Part shown: in pieces, positions 28,528 to 38,125 of the stretch
Position numbering within the stretch: position 1 is the stretch's first letter
Layout of the letters: each line of letters starts with the position of its first letter
Origin: Candidatus Thorarchaeota archaeon
GTDB lineage: Archaea > Asgardarchaeota > Thorarchaeia > Thorarchaeales > Thorarchaeaceae
Assembly: GCA_020348985.1 (NCBI GenBank)
Contig: CP070761.1
Location: 1 to 56,348 of the forward strand
Length of the DNA stretch: 56,348 nucleotides
Direction: 5' to 3'
Translations under genes and position numbers: made by a program
The notes under the pieces: model-generated
Seen by the model: the letters and a program-made list of their open reading frames with translations, nothing else
The model's database searches: none
What the model was told of the DNA's origin: nothing

Positions 28528-28755
28528 ATGTCTCAGAATCAGCCGATAAAGGCACTTGAAGCCTCTGTGAATGACGTCGTTTCAGTGAAATTAAAGGATC
28601 AGAGAATCTTCAGGGGGCGCCTCACAAGGTGTGATGTCTATATGAATCTAACATTGGCTGATGCTGAAGAGATTGAAGACGACCAGGCCAAGGCAAAATA
28701 TGGACAAGTCTTGATTCGAGGAAATAACATCCTTTGGATTCAAGTGCCGGAGTAG
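28528..28755 (+). CDS. Sm-like archaeal protein (SmAP/Lsm)
   Basis: Sm1 motif GRL..CDVYMNLTL and Sm2 motif IRGNNI. Confidence 0.93.
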   Translation: MSQNQPIKALEASVNDVVSVKLKDQRIFRGRLTRCDVYMNLTLADAEEIEDDQAKAKYGQVLIRGNNILWIQVPE

Positions 28756-28780
28756 TTGTTGCAAAGTATCCATTTTTCTG

Positions 28781-30817
28781 TTAGCGTTCGATCTCCCTGC
28801 GATACTTCTCTATGATCTCTATAAGCTGTTCTTCCCCTCTTAGTCTGGCTTGCTCTCTTACATCCTTCAGGAAAATCTCCAGCTGCTTATCGAACTTCTT
28901 CCGACTAATGAATGCAAACTCATCTATTCTACGAAGCTCTACTTCGTCTGCTTCAATGACAGGAATCATCGCTTTCACGAGTTCATCTTTCGCGAGATGT
29001 GAAAGTGATGTGTCAACGATTACTGCTCTGATGTCGCGCTCAATAAGTAGTCGAGCGGTTTGAGGGCCTCCGCCGGAGGCGTCTTCAAACAAGATGATAT
29101 CTCCCCGTTTGATTGTGGCGACTCTACGCATATATTCTTCAATGCTCTCTTGTGTGAACTTGTCAACTGTCTTCACAGCCAACATATCACCACGAATTTC
29201 AAGGCGTTTGACTCCTCTAAGCAATTCGAACCGTTTCTCGAGTTCTTCTATTCGATCACCTAGCCGTTCATTGTCTCTCTTTATTCGTTGAAGTTCCTGT
29301 TCCTTCTTACCAAGCTCGCGGTCTCTCTTGACTTTCCAATAGTTCCTTTTGCTTACAATGTCAAGACTCTCAGAAAGCTCGCTCTCTCGAAATGTAAGGT
29401 ACTCCACAAGATGTCTTAGGTCTTTGATTTGATCTAGGAGAAGCCTCTGCTCGTTTTCCAATTCGTCATACTTCTTCTTTAGTGCATCATATCGGTCCTG
29501 TGTCAGAGGCTCTTCTTCCTCTACAGGTTTGTGCTCAACATCAAGAACTTCAGACTCATCTCGAATCAGATTTGCTATTGCTTCATTGATCGGAGTGCCT
29601 TTGATAACTAGAGCTTTGAGGTGATTCCTATCGATTGCTATCTGTTCTTCTCGTATCTTGCGATCAATCTGTCTGAGTTTCGACTGAATCGATCTAAATG
29701 CGTAGACGGCTGCAGTCAGTGCATCACGTTCGTGAGCGTTCCTTATTTTCGTCCTTTCTGAATATTCTCTTGCCAGCTCTTGTTTCTCGGCAACTGGTAT
29801 CGGTCGACTTGGTGAGAACGTCTCTGCATTGACAAGTCTCGCTATTTTCTCAACAAGATGTGGCGTTTGAGGAACATCAGTAGCTACCATTACTGGGATT
29901 CCATGTTCATAGACCAAACGTATGATGTCAGCTCTTGTCAGATTCTTCTTGCTTGTTAGATAGTGGACTTTCCCGGTTAGAGATAATAGACAGATGGCAG
30001 CTGTTGTCCCCGGGTCAATTCCCAGAATGAAGAACTTTGGACGTATCTGGATGGGGATTGGCTTTGGATCTAGTGGGACAAACTCGGTTCTCTTTCTCAC
30101 AGGCGATATCTTGACATTGAAGTCTCCTCCTCGTTTCGAATCAATCAAACCTCGCACAGTTGGGAGTGGTGCGTATGCGATTATACGTGAACTTGCATAT
30201 CCGAAGTCGGAACTTCTGACATCAATGTCATAGTCGATCTTAGCAGTTTTGAGCTCTCCTTCGATGTGGCGGGTCATTTGCTGGATTTGAGAATGGATCT
30301 TCCTGCGATATCGGTTTGTGCTCTGTCCGCCTCGACCCATTTTGCGTCCACGACTGACTTTGATTTCGGTTTGTGCACTGAAACATTCAACGCTATGTCC
30401 TACGCCTAGTGAAGCTAGTTTCGCAGCAATAGTTGCTGTCTCTAACGGAGTTGGCTTTCCTCGTATTGGGATACGGTGACGTTTAGCAAGCGTCTTGATA
30501 GAAACCTGGTGTGGTGGAATACCAGTGACCTGAACAAGCTTTGTTTCTGATGGAATCCTGTCGACAAAACGTGATATCGACTTGCTGTCGGGAACTAACT
30601 CAAATATATTGTCCGTGCAAAGCCACTTGGGACAAATCTCGTTAATAATCTCAAAAAGTGCACGACGAGATATTTGGGAATACTCGTTGACTACAACACC
30701 GTTTCGCATGACGACACATGAGAACCTTGGAGCGGCTCTAGAACGTGGGCTCTGGGATGGTAGTATGTCAAAGCCTACTATGAATTCATCCTTCATATCC
30801 ATTGACTCTGCACTCAA
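28781..30817 (-). CDS. DUF460-domain protein (RNase H-like fold plus coiled coil)
   Basis: GFDILP..SP, TDNIFEL, ILGIDPGTTAA, ATDV and NAHERDAL, followed by a long coiled coil. Confidence 0.88.
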   Translation of the reverse strand: MSAESMDMKDEFIVGFDILPSQSPRSRAAPRFSCVVMRNGVVVNEYSQISRRALFEIINEICPKWLCTDNIFELVPDSKSISRFVDRIPSETKLVQVTGIPPHQVSIKTLAKRHRIPIRGKPTPLETATIAAKLASLGVGHSVECFSAQTEIKVSRGRKMGRGGQSTNRYRRKIHSQIQQMTRHIEGELKTAKIDYDIDVRSSDFGYASSRIIAYAPLPTVRGLIDSKRGGDFNVKISPVRKRTEFVPLDPKPIPIQIRPKFFILGIDPGTTAAICLLSLTGKVHYLTSKKNLTRADIIRLVYEHGIPVMVATDVPQTPHLVEKIARLVNAETFSPSRPIPVAEKQELAREYSERTKIRNAHERDALTAAVYAFRSIQSKLRQIDRKIREEQIAIDRNHLKALVIKGTPINEAIANLIRDESEVLDVEHKPVEEEEPLTQDRYDALKKKYDELENEQRLLLDQIKDLRHLVEYLTFRESELSESLDIVSKRNYWKVKRDRELGKKEQELQRIKRDNERLGDRIEELEKRFELLRGVKRLEIRGDMLAVKTVDKFTQESIEEYMRRVATIKRGDIILFEDASGGGPQTARLLIERDIRAVIVDTSLSHLAKDELVKAMIPVIEADEVELRRIDEFAFISRKKFDKQLEIFLKDVREQARLRGEEQLIEIIEKYRREIER

Positions 30818-30954
30818 TTCAGACTCTGGAAGTCCGCCTATAAGATTTCAGATACACTAACAAGACTTGAATCCCGCTTCTGGAGCTTTGCCAAACAACA
30901 AGTATAATAAAGATATGCTTGAACAACAGCGCACATTCAGGCGAGGTGTGACAA

Positions 30955-31236
30955 CTGTCAGAAACACTAACGATAAGCGATGATAACATGATTCTACGAG
31001 TTGGTCGTGCCCTATCATCGGGCACACGGCTTAAGATTCTAAAGCTTCTACTGCAAGGCGAGAAAGATGTTACTCGGGTGGCAAGGCACCTCGGTGGTAC
31101 AGAAGCCAACGCTAGTGCCCAAATCAAGATTCTCTTTGAATCAGACCTCTTGGAATGCAGATATGAGCCCGGTCAGCATGGTCTCAAGAAGATATCCAAG
31201 ACTAAGGTCAAGCGCATTGTAATCGATCTTGAATAG
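30955..31236 (+). CDS. ArsR-family HTH transcriptional regulator
   Basis: ALSSGTRLKILKLL...VTRVARHLG..EANASAQIKIL. Probable CTG start at 30955 (track ATG 30988). Confidence 0.85.
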   Translation: MSETLTISDDNMILRVGRALSSGTRLKILKLLLQGEKDVTRVARHLGGTEANASAQIKILFESDLLECRYEPGQHGLKKISKTKVKRIVIDLE

Positions 31237-31238
31237 AA

Positions 31239-31286
31239 GCCTGATAATAGAAGCCTGCCTGTTCCCAGGTGGGCTAATCATCAGGC
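31239..31286. other. Extended stem-loop between convergent genes (possible terminator or RNA stability element)
   Basis: Outer stem GCCTGAT/ATCAGGC; inner stem AGCCTGCCTG/CAGGTGGGCT; 4-nt loop. Confidence 0.45.
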
Positions 31287-31385
31287 AATGTATTCAATGT
31301 TGCCAGCCTAAACATAACGCCCTGTCTTTTACGCTCGTTCGGACTGAAGTCTATCACAGTATGTTAGTCTAGCAAAGAGCCTCGC

Positions 31386-32048
31386 TTATTCTAGATACGT
31401 CTTCCATCGATCGATTCGCTTGAGGATATTGTCACGCTCTTCTGGGCGGATCCGTTTGGCACCTCGAGCCCTCAAGAATCTAAGAACAACATCCATATCA
31501 CGAGCGACTCTGTCATCAAGACTTCCTTTTGCAGTCAGATCGTCCCGTGCTGTCTTCAAGTATTCTGCTATTACATCAGCATTTGCATGTCCAGTCTTGA
31601 GCTCATGAGCAATCGGATCCAATAGTCTACTGACACTGGCGGTGCCTAGAACAGGGGATTCGTCTGATACTTGCGTAGATGGCACTGATTCAGGCTCTGT
31701 AGGTTCATCCGTTTCAAAATCTGTTGTGTCGCTGTGGACAATGGCATCATCTCCACTATCATCGTTGGGTTGCATTGTCTCTTTGGGAATGGTCTCGGAC
31801 GAATCGACGGTCTGTACATCAGCTTGGCTCTCTTCACTGCTGACTGAAACTTCATTCGAGGGCTTAGGTGTTGTTGATACCCTTGTAAACAGTGGGACAA
31901 TAGCTGATGATGATTCATCTGTTTGAATTGCGTCAGGCAAGTCCAGACGCCGCCTGAGCTCGCGAAGTTGTTCGAATAGCTCTACTAGTCCTGACTGCAT
32001 GTGTTCAATCAGCTTCTTGATTTCTAGAATGTCCTCGTCTGATGTCAG
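31386..32048 (-). CDS. Hypothetical protein: N-terminal helix, acidic S/T-rich linker, C-terminal helical domain
   Basis: ORF of 204 aa or more, extendable to CTG 32048 after GGAGG; composition typical of a real protein. Confidence 0.75.
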   Translation of the reverse strand: MTSDEDILEIKKLIEHMQSGLVELFEQLRELRRRLDLPDAIQTDESSSAIVPLFTRVSTTPKPSNEVSVSSEESQADVQTVDSSETIPKETMQPNDDSGDDAIVHSDTTDFETDEPTEPESVPSTQVSDESPVLGTASVSRLLDPIAHELKTGHANADVIAEYLKTARDDLTAKGSLDDRVARDMDVVLRFLRARGAKRIRPEERDNILKRIDRWKTYLE

Positions 32049-32140
32049 ATTATTGCCTCCAGGGCCTTGTAGTATGAGCTCTAATGGTGCTCGGATGTTT
32101 CAACTTATCAGGATTGTGTGATGGTCTTCGACCACAAGTT

Positions 32141-33649
32141 CTACTTGTCGGCTTTCTGGATAGCTCTCAGCAGATCTCGAGTTTCACCCTCAGGATTCAA
32201 GTGTCTCTTGCGTATCTTGACAAATGACGGAACTGATACTGCTTCTCCAACGAAGAGAGCCTCGCCCACTTCAAGGGTTGTAATCGCTTCAAGTGAAGAT
32301 TTATCGATTCCTTCACTGCTTCGTCCAATGTGTTCCAAGTCGTACGGATTTGTGCATCTGAGTATGGCTTGGTTTGTGCATTGACTTAGAACCGTTGTAG
32401 AAAGCTTAACTGGTCTTTGCGAAACCAGACAGAGAAGCGCAAAGAACTTCCGCCCCTCTCTAGCAATTGTCTCAATTCGAGATTTTGGAAGGGCAATCTC
32501 TTGTCGACTTTCCGGACAGAATTGATGAGCTTCTTCTAGAACTATGAGAAACGGAGGTATTCTTCCCTGTCTTCTCTTGAACAACAACTCTGATACAAGA
32601 TTGGCCACTACAATCTGTTTCTTTCTCAATGATATGAAGTCACTCAGATCTATTAGCGTAAGCTTTCCTGGACGAATGACGCTTTCAGTTTGAGGGCTTG
32701 CTTCCTTCCCAAACAGATTTGTGTTCTCAAGATTCATCAGCCAACCTAGTAGGGCATCTTTTGTATTCTTGCTGATTGTCTCATCCTCTCTGACATAGTC
32801 CATGATATCTATCAGCGAGTAACCTTCTTTGGAATCCTGCTGGATTTCTGTGAGTACACGTCGAAGATCCCGCTGTTGAACTGTGCTCATATCGGATACA
32901 AATGAAGCAAGAGCCTCTGCAGACAAAGACCGCGTTGCTATTTGGAAATGCGATCCTCTGATGTGCTCTACTTCGACATCATCAGTGATGCCTAGCGAGG
33001 TGAAATCTACATTCTTCAAGTAAGTATACTCACCGTGTACATCGATTACCACGACTGCAAGGCGGCCTTTGTCTTTGGGCCTGGACAGAATCTCTTCGAG
33101 AAGCACAGACACAAAGTACGACTTACCTGCACCGCTCATTGCAAGAATAGCCAGATGTTTTGACAGAAGGCGAGTCATATTGGGTGTAAACTCAAGGTCG
33201 TGGTTAGACAGCTTTCCAAGAAGAAGGCCATCATCCACATCAAGACTAAGAAATGATGAAAGAACGTCATCATCAGTTCTACGAACTACAGCTCCTGGTG
33301 AGACTGCAAAATAGGGACGAAGTCTTTTCTCATCACTCCAAAGACCAAGCACGCGCGCGCGCGCGATTGTATATTGCCATCGGTCAGTGGGGAATATTGA
33401 ACGTAATGGTTCTCCCCTTGACTGATATTCTCGGACAGCTTCAGCCTGCTGATAGTAGCGGTTAGTCTGAACCAAATCTTGAACTCGTGCAATAACGGTC
33501 CCTGAATCAGTTACTACTGATACAAATTCGCCCCTTCGTGTTACAATGTCATTTGCTCCTCCTTCTGTTACGAAAGAGAACTCCATAACATTCGGACCTT
33601 TGTCGGTGGAAACAACAGTTCCTAATCTTTGAAGAGAGACTTCATCCAT
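32141..33649 (-). CDS. herA: HerA DNA translocase/helicase
   Basis: N-terminal HAS barrel, Walker A AMSGAGKS, DVHGEY, LEEAH, REGRKF and SQRP; follows nurA. Confidence 0.9.
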   Translation of the reverse strand: MDEVSLQRLGTVVSTDKGPNVMEFSFVTEGGANDIVTRRGEFVSVVTDSGTVIARVQDLVQTNRYYQQAEAVREYQSRGEPLRSIFPTDRWQYTIARARVLGLWSDEKRLRPYFAVSPGAVVRRTDDDVLSSFLSLDVDDGLLLGKLSNHDLEFTPNMTRLLSKHLAILAMSGAGKSYFVSVLLEEILSRPKDKGRLAVVVIDVHGEYTYLKNVDFTSLGITDDVEVEHIRGSHFQIATRSLSAEALASFVSDMSTVQQRDLRRVLTEIQQDSKEGYSLIDIMDYVREDETISKNTKDALLGWLMNLENTNLFGKEASPQTESVIRPGKLTLIDLSDFISLRKKQIVVANLVSELLFKRRQGRIPPFLIVLEEAHQFCPESRQEIALPKSRIETIAREGRKFFALLCLVSQRPVKLSTTVLSQCTNQAILRCTNPYDLEHIGRSSEGIDKSSLEAITTLEVGEALFVGEAVSVPSFVKIRKRHLNPEGETRDLLRAIQKADK

Positions 33650-33657
33650 TGCTCTTT

Positions 33658-34821
33658 TTAACCTCCAAAGGGATTCCTCATTCGTCTTTTCTCAACTGGG
33701 GAGTACCTAACCCCTGTAAGGGCCATCAAGCGATTCATGATTAGCTGTGTTTCGTTATTACCGATTCGCGCTCTTGTGTCTGCTTCAACGATAGGTGATG
33801 GAAGACCGTACTCTGTGTGTTGCCAAGACAGAGGAAGGATTGCCGATAGTGCCTTGTTCAACCGATCCGCTGGCTCATCAATGTCGGTATTTCCGAAAAC
33901 CTCGATTCTCAATGGATAGTCGTGGCGAGCAGTCTTTAGATATGTTACCCAAATTGATGCCGCCCAGTCGCGGAGATCTTCAGGTAGTGAACTCGTCTCA
34001 TGTGAAACCTCCGATGAATACTTGAATGCAAACGTCCTCTCGCCTTCATCCAAGAATGTATTGAGCAAGTCGGTGTCTCTGGAGAATCTTAGTAACCAAC
34101 GGTAATCCACGTCCTGCATCATCTCAAAGAATGACGGATTCCTGAGAACATGTGGAAGAATCTCGCCAAGTATGCTTACAATCCTTGTTGACCTGCTGTC
34201 CTTTATTATGCCAACGAGTATCGTCCTGCTTTTCCTTGCCTTCCGGTAGAGCTGTTTGTATAGAGCTATCGTTTCTTGGAATTTCTCATAGCCAATCGAT
34301 GCGGTTGGAGGACGATCTCTAGGGTGATTTAGAAGACTACCATCAAGAAGAATCAGATCGGTATGAAACTCATCGAGTACTGAAAGAATCACTCTTAGCT
34401 CAGTAGCAGTTCTCTCAAGCGATGCGATCTGGTCAAGCTCATTCCCTTGTAGTGCATACAGAACAGGAGTTACTCGTGGACTTGGAAACGGATCGGGGTA
34501 AAACTCCGCAGCTGGTCCTTCGTCAGGCCCAAAACTGAAAATAACTGCAATTCCACGAGTCAGTAAGATATCTATCGATCTGAAACTGCGTCTTGAGAGA
34601 CCACCATCTATTCCAGCAATCTTCAGGCCTGAGAGATGTGTGGGTTCTATCTTTGTGATGAATGATGTCTCAAGAGTATTTTCCGTAATTGCAGGAAACC
34701 TGCCAAGATCTAATGAATCCTTGATTTTCCTGATTACGTTTCCGAATTGTTGACGACTAGACTCTACTCTGTCAATCTCCTCAACAAGCAGTGCTAGCAT
34801 TCTGTCAAGCTGCTGATCCAC
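33658..34821 (-). CDS. nurA: NurA 5'-3' nuclease
   Basis: GIDGG, LLDGSL, VGIIKDS and YGLPSPIVEAD. Confidence 0.88.
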   Translation of the reverse strand: MDQQLDRMLALLVEEIDRVESSRQQFGNVIRKIKDSLDLGRFPAITENTLETSFITKIEPTHLSGLKIAGIDGGLSRRSFRSIDILLTRGIAVIFSFGPDEGPAAEFYPDPFPSPRVTPVLYALQGNELDQIASLERTATELRVILSVLDEFHTDLILLDGSLLNHPRDRPPTASIGYEKFQETIALYKQLYRKARKSRTILVGIIKDSRSTRIVSILGEILPHVLRNPSFFEMMQDVDYRWLLRFSRDTDLLNTFLDEGERTFAFKYSSEVSHETSSLPEDLRDWAASIWVTYLKTARHDYPLRIEVFGNTDIDEPADRLNKALSAILPLSWQHTEYGLPSPIVEADTRARIGNNETQLIMNRLMALTGVRYSPVEKRRMRNPFGG

Positions 34822-36497
34822 TACTTCTCCCTCTTGGCCTTGTATTCCATTGCTGCCCTTAGAAAGGCAACGTAGATCGGATGTGCGTCGCCAGGTCTTG
34901 ATTTGAATTCTGGATGGAACTGCACACCAATCCAGAACGGATGGTTCTCAATCTCGACTGCATTGATTATCTTACCTGATGAGTCCAGCGCGGAGACTAT
35001 CAGACCAGCATCCTTCATCTTCTTTACGTACCTGTCAATGAGATGAAACCTGTGACGAAACCGTTCTCTTGCAGTCTCCGCTTTGTAAATCTCGTGAAGA
35101 TGAGTACCACTCACGATTCTAATATCTTGGGAGCCTAGTCTCATGGTTCCACCCTTGTCTTCGACAAGCTTTTGTTCGTCCATCAAATCAATGACTGGAA
35201 ATAGGCTATCAGGATCCACTTCAGTGGTGTGTGCATCGTCCCATTTCATGACTTGCCGGGCAAATGCCACTGTTCCAAGCTGGCTTCCATAGCAAATGCC
35301 CAGAAAAGGTACGTTTGAGGTAAGAGAAATCCCTGCTGCGCTAATCATTCCCTCGACTCCTCGCTCTCCAAATCCGGGAGTCAAAAGGATTCCATCTATG
35401 TTCTCCAGATCCTCTTTGAAAGAATCTTCATCACTGCGCTCTTCGGTTCTAATCCAGTCGATTTTCAGCCCAACACCACATTCCGCCGCTGCGTGAAATA
35501 GCGCTTCATTGATGCTTTTGTACGAGTCACTCAGAGTTGTGTACTTTCCCGGCATAGCGATAGTAAGAAAGCTCGAGTGATTTTGGAATGATTGAACAAT
35601 GTCAGACCATGACTTCGTATCGGGTTCCCTTGACTCGAATCCGAGATGTTTGGTAAGTATATGTCCAAGACCTTGATTCTCGAATGATAGAGGAAGCTGG
35701 TATATGACAGGAATATCTGGATTCGATATGACCTGCTTCTCGGGGACATTGCAGAATAGTGCGATCTTTGCCCTCGCTGAAGCTGAAAGCTCACTCTCTG
35801 CACGGCAGACTATGATATCAGGTTGTAGACCGAGTCCTTGTAGAGTTCTTACGCTATGCTGAGTTGGTTTTGTTTTGAACTCCCCCACGGTTTGTATGTA
35901 TGGGACAAGCGTCACGTGTACATGGACTATCTTATCGCGGCCTACATCTCCTGTAAGCTGTCTTACTGCTTCAAGGAAAGGCATGGCCTCAATGTCTCCG
36001 ACTGTTCCACCAATCTCTATCAACAAGACATCTGGAATCGGGTCCTTGGTAACGACATCCCATATTCTCTGCTTGATTCTGTCGGTGATATGAGGAATGA
36101 TTTGAACAGTGTGTCCAAGAAAGCCTCCCTTTCGTTCTTCAAGAATGATAGATATGTAGATTTGACCGGATGTGATATTCTGAGAAGGATGTGCCTCAAT
36201 TCCTGTGAAACGCTCGTATGTACCGAAGTCGAGGTCAATCTCAGAAATCTGGAACTCGTAGTCAGTAACTGGTCGGAAAGTCCATGTCTGTTCGGTAACA
36301 AAGACTTCACCATGCTCAATAGGGTTGAGTGTGCCAGGGTCAACGTTTAGGTAGGGATCAATCTTGATTATTCTGATGCTGTGATTTCGGAACTGAAACA
36401 GCTTGGCTATTGATGCAGTTGTGACTCCCTTTCCAATACCCGAGAGCACGCCTCCTGTCACAAATACAAACCTTGTTCTGCTTAAATTGGATTTCAA
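34821..36497 (-). CDS. pyrG: CTP synthase
   Basis: FVTGGVLSGIGKG, KIDPYLNVDPGT, GGTVGDIE, KTKPTQHSV, GICYG and QFHPEF. Likely TTG start at 36497. Confidence 0.96.
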   Translation of the reverse strand: MKSNLSRTRFVFVTGGVLSGIGKGVTTASIAKLFQFRNHSIRIIKIDPYLNVDPGTLNPIEHGEVFVTEQTWTFRPVTDYEFQISEIDLDFGTYERFTGIEAHPSQNITSGQIYISIILEERKGGFLGHTVQIIPHITDRIKQRIWDVVTKDPIPDVLLIEIGGTVGDIEAMPFLEAVRQLTGDVGRDKIVHVHVTLVPYIQTVGEFKTKPTQHSVRTLQGLGLQPDIIVCRAESELSASARAKIALFCNVPEKQVISNPDIPVIYQLPLSFENQGLGHILTKHLGFESREPDTKSWSDIVQSFQNHSSFLTIAMPGKYTTLSDSYKSINEALFHAAAECGVGLKIDWIRTEERSDEDSFKEDLENIDGILLTPGFGERGVEGMISAAGISLTSNVPFLGICYGSQLGTVAFARQVMKWDDAHTTEVDPDSLFPVIDLMDEQKLVEDKGGTMRLGSQDIRIVSGTHLHEIYKAETARERFRHRFHLIDRYVKKMKDAGLIVSALDSSGKIINAVEIENHPFWIGVQFHPEFKSRPGDAHPIYVAFLRAAMEYKAKREK

Positions 36498-36612
36498 CCT
36501 ACTGCTCCTCAGGATGTCATGCATACGTGGATGCATACTGTCATCAGCAATTTGCGGCTCATCTTCGTCAGCATCGTATAAGTGATTCGATGGTTCTGCA
36601 TCTCTACAAGTG

Positions 36613-37191
36613 CTAAGCAGACTGGGAGAGTACACTGGCTCTCATCGCGTCTTGAAACAAAATCTGGAACGCCTCAATTATGTTGAATCCCTGTCGAGCA
36701 ATGCTTTTGAATACTGGAACAGAATTGGGAACTCTGAGCTCTTGTCTTAGTCTGTCCTCTTCAATTGCTCCTGGCAGATCTTGCTTGTTCAGACAGATCA
36801 CTACTGGAAGCGGCCGTTCCTCGTCTGTTATTAGAGACATAAGTTCGCTCCAGCTGGCACGATTTTCTTCAAGAAGATGTTCCTGTGAGTCTGCCATGAA
36901 TATGACACCGTCAGTTCCCACCAGCACTACATCTCGAGTTGACCGATAGAAATCTTGGCCAGTTGCAGACCATACGTGTGCATTAATCGTCCAATTACCA
37001 GAGAGATGAAATGGAATAGTGCCAAAATCACAGAACATTGTTCGGCCGACAGTATTCTCAATTGATGTCAGCTTATCTGCAAAATCCATTGCTGAAAAAA
37101 GCCAGCGGATTGCAGTCGTTTTGCCACTCATTGCAGGCCCAAAGAAGACGATTTTGATTCCCACAGTTTGATTACCGTAGTCGATTATCAT
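36613..37191 (-). CDS. MglA-like small GTPase
   Basis: G1 GPAMSGKTT, switch I GRTMFCDF, G3 ATGQ, DGVIFMADS, G4 NKQD and G5 SIA. This is the MglA pattern (RTLFFDF / PGQ). Confidence 0.88.
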   Translation of the reverse strand: MIIDYGNQTVGIKIVFFGPAMSGKTTAIRWLFSAMDFADKLTSIENTVGRTMFCDFGTIPFHLSGNWTINAHVWSATGQDFYRSTRDVVLVGTDGVIFMADSQEHLLEENRASWSELMSLITDEERPLPVVICLNKQDLPGAIEEDRLRQELRVPNSVPVFKSIARQGFNIIEAFQILFQDAMRASVLSQSA

Positions 37192-37204
37192 TTACTTCTG
37201 ACTC

Positions 37205-38125
37205 CTAAGTGCCCCACATGCTATCTACCCAAGCGCCAAGTCCCGACAAGGTGCCTCCCTTCACGCAATCAGAGAAGTCTTCATGCCATTCAGCCATGAT
37301 AAAACGAATCAGCTCCGGCAGCTCTCCACCCTCCCAGCCAATGGCTTCATAGAGGTTCCTTTCTGTGAGAGCAGTAGACGCTCCAAGCTCTCTTGCAAGT
37401 CTGATTCTAGATAGTAATGTAACGGCTCTTCTGGCGGCATGAACGTAGTTGCTCACTTCCTCGTCAAACATATCATGCGTAATCTTCTCCGATTCATCGT
37501 CTAGTTTCAATATTGCTCCCATCATATGTTCAGGGATATTGACTCCTCGTAACGACTTTCGGAGTAGACGTCTAATTCGCTCAAGAGATTGCCGTTTCCT
37601 TGTGAGGATCTTTGACACTATTCGTTTCTCTACATCTAGGTTACTCTGATAGGGCTCCATCAATGTGAAGTTCAGGGAAGAAGGAGATTTCACTCTCAGA
37701 ATTCCACAGTTGACTGAATACCTAGCTATGTGCTTGAGAATCTTCGGAAAAGCGTCTCTATTCACATCGATTCCAAGAGCCCGTGCTCCAATTGGCAGTG
37801 CAACAACCCAACTTGAGAAATGCGTTATTCGTTCCAAAGCTAGACCTAAGTTCGACGAGAAACAGCATGCAATGGTTCTGCTCACTTCGTAGTTGTGTTT
37901 CTCTTCTTCCCAGACAGCAAGTAGCTCATCCTGTGATGTGAAGTCCCGCCAGAAGACTAGTCTATGGCGATGAGGACTTAGTGCGGCTACGCTATCTGAG
38001 ATATCATCTACAAGTTCCACATCTTCACCGGCCACAATAATCGGGAATCGGTTCAGTGATGAATTCAGTAGTAGTGGAAACTGCTCGCCCATCAATTCAA
38101 TCAGCTGCATAATCGAGTAAGTCAT
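37205..38125 (-). CDS. Hypothetical protein with resemblance to the folliculin C-terminal/DENN domain
   Basis: The N-terminal segment FPLLLNSSLNRFPIIVAGEDVELVDDISDSVAALSP fits the cDENN helix-strand-helix-Pro pattern. ATGA overlap with the roadblock gene. Confidence 0.55.
   Translation of the reverse strand: MTYSIMQLIELMGEQFPLLLNSSLNRFPIIVAGEDVELVDDISDSVAALSPHRHRLVFWRDFTSQDELLAVWEEEKHNYEVSRTIACCFSSNLGLALERITHFSSWVVALPIGARALGIDVNRDAFPKILKHIARYSVNCGILRVKSPSSLNFTLMEPYQSNLDVEKRIVSKILTRKRQSLERIRRLLRKSLRGVNIPEHMMGAILKLDDESEKITHDMFDEEVSNYVHAARRAVTLLSRIRLARELGASTALTERNLYEAIGWEGGELPELIRFIMAEWHEDFSDCVKGGTLSGLGAWVDSMWGT

Noticed and set aside
33352-33365. (CG)7 run, potential Z-DNA or microsatellite
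   Set aside because: Lies in frame within herA and encodes the ARAR segment; no evidence of a separate function.
36498-36635. N-terminal extension of PyrG overlapping the GTPase gene, implying fusion or coupling
   Set aside because: A TTG at 36497 with an SD gives a normal-length PyrG, and the upstream 115 nt contains a TTATA-like box, so the extension is probably an ORF-calling artefact.
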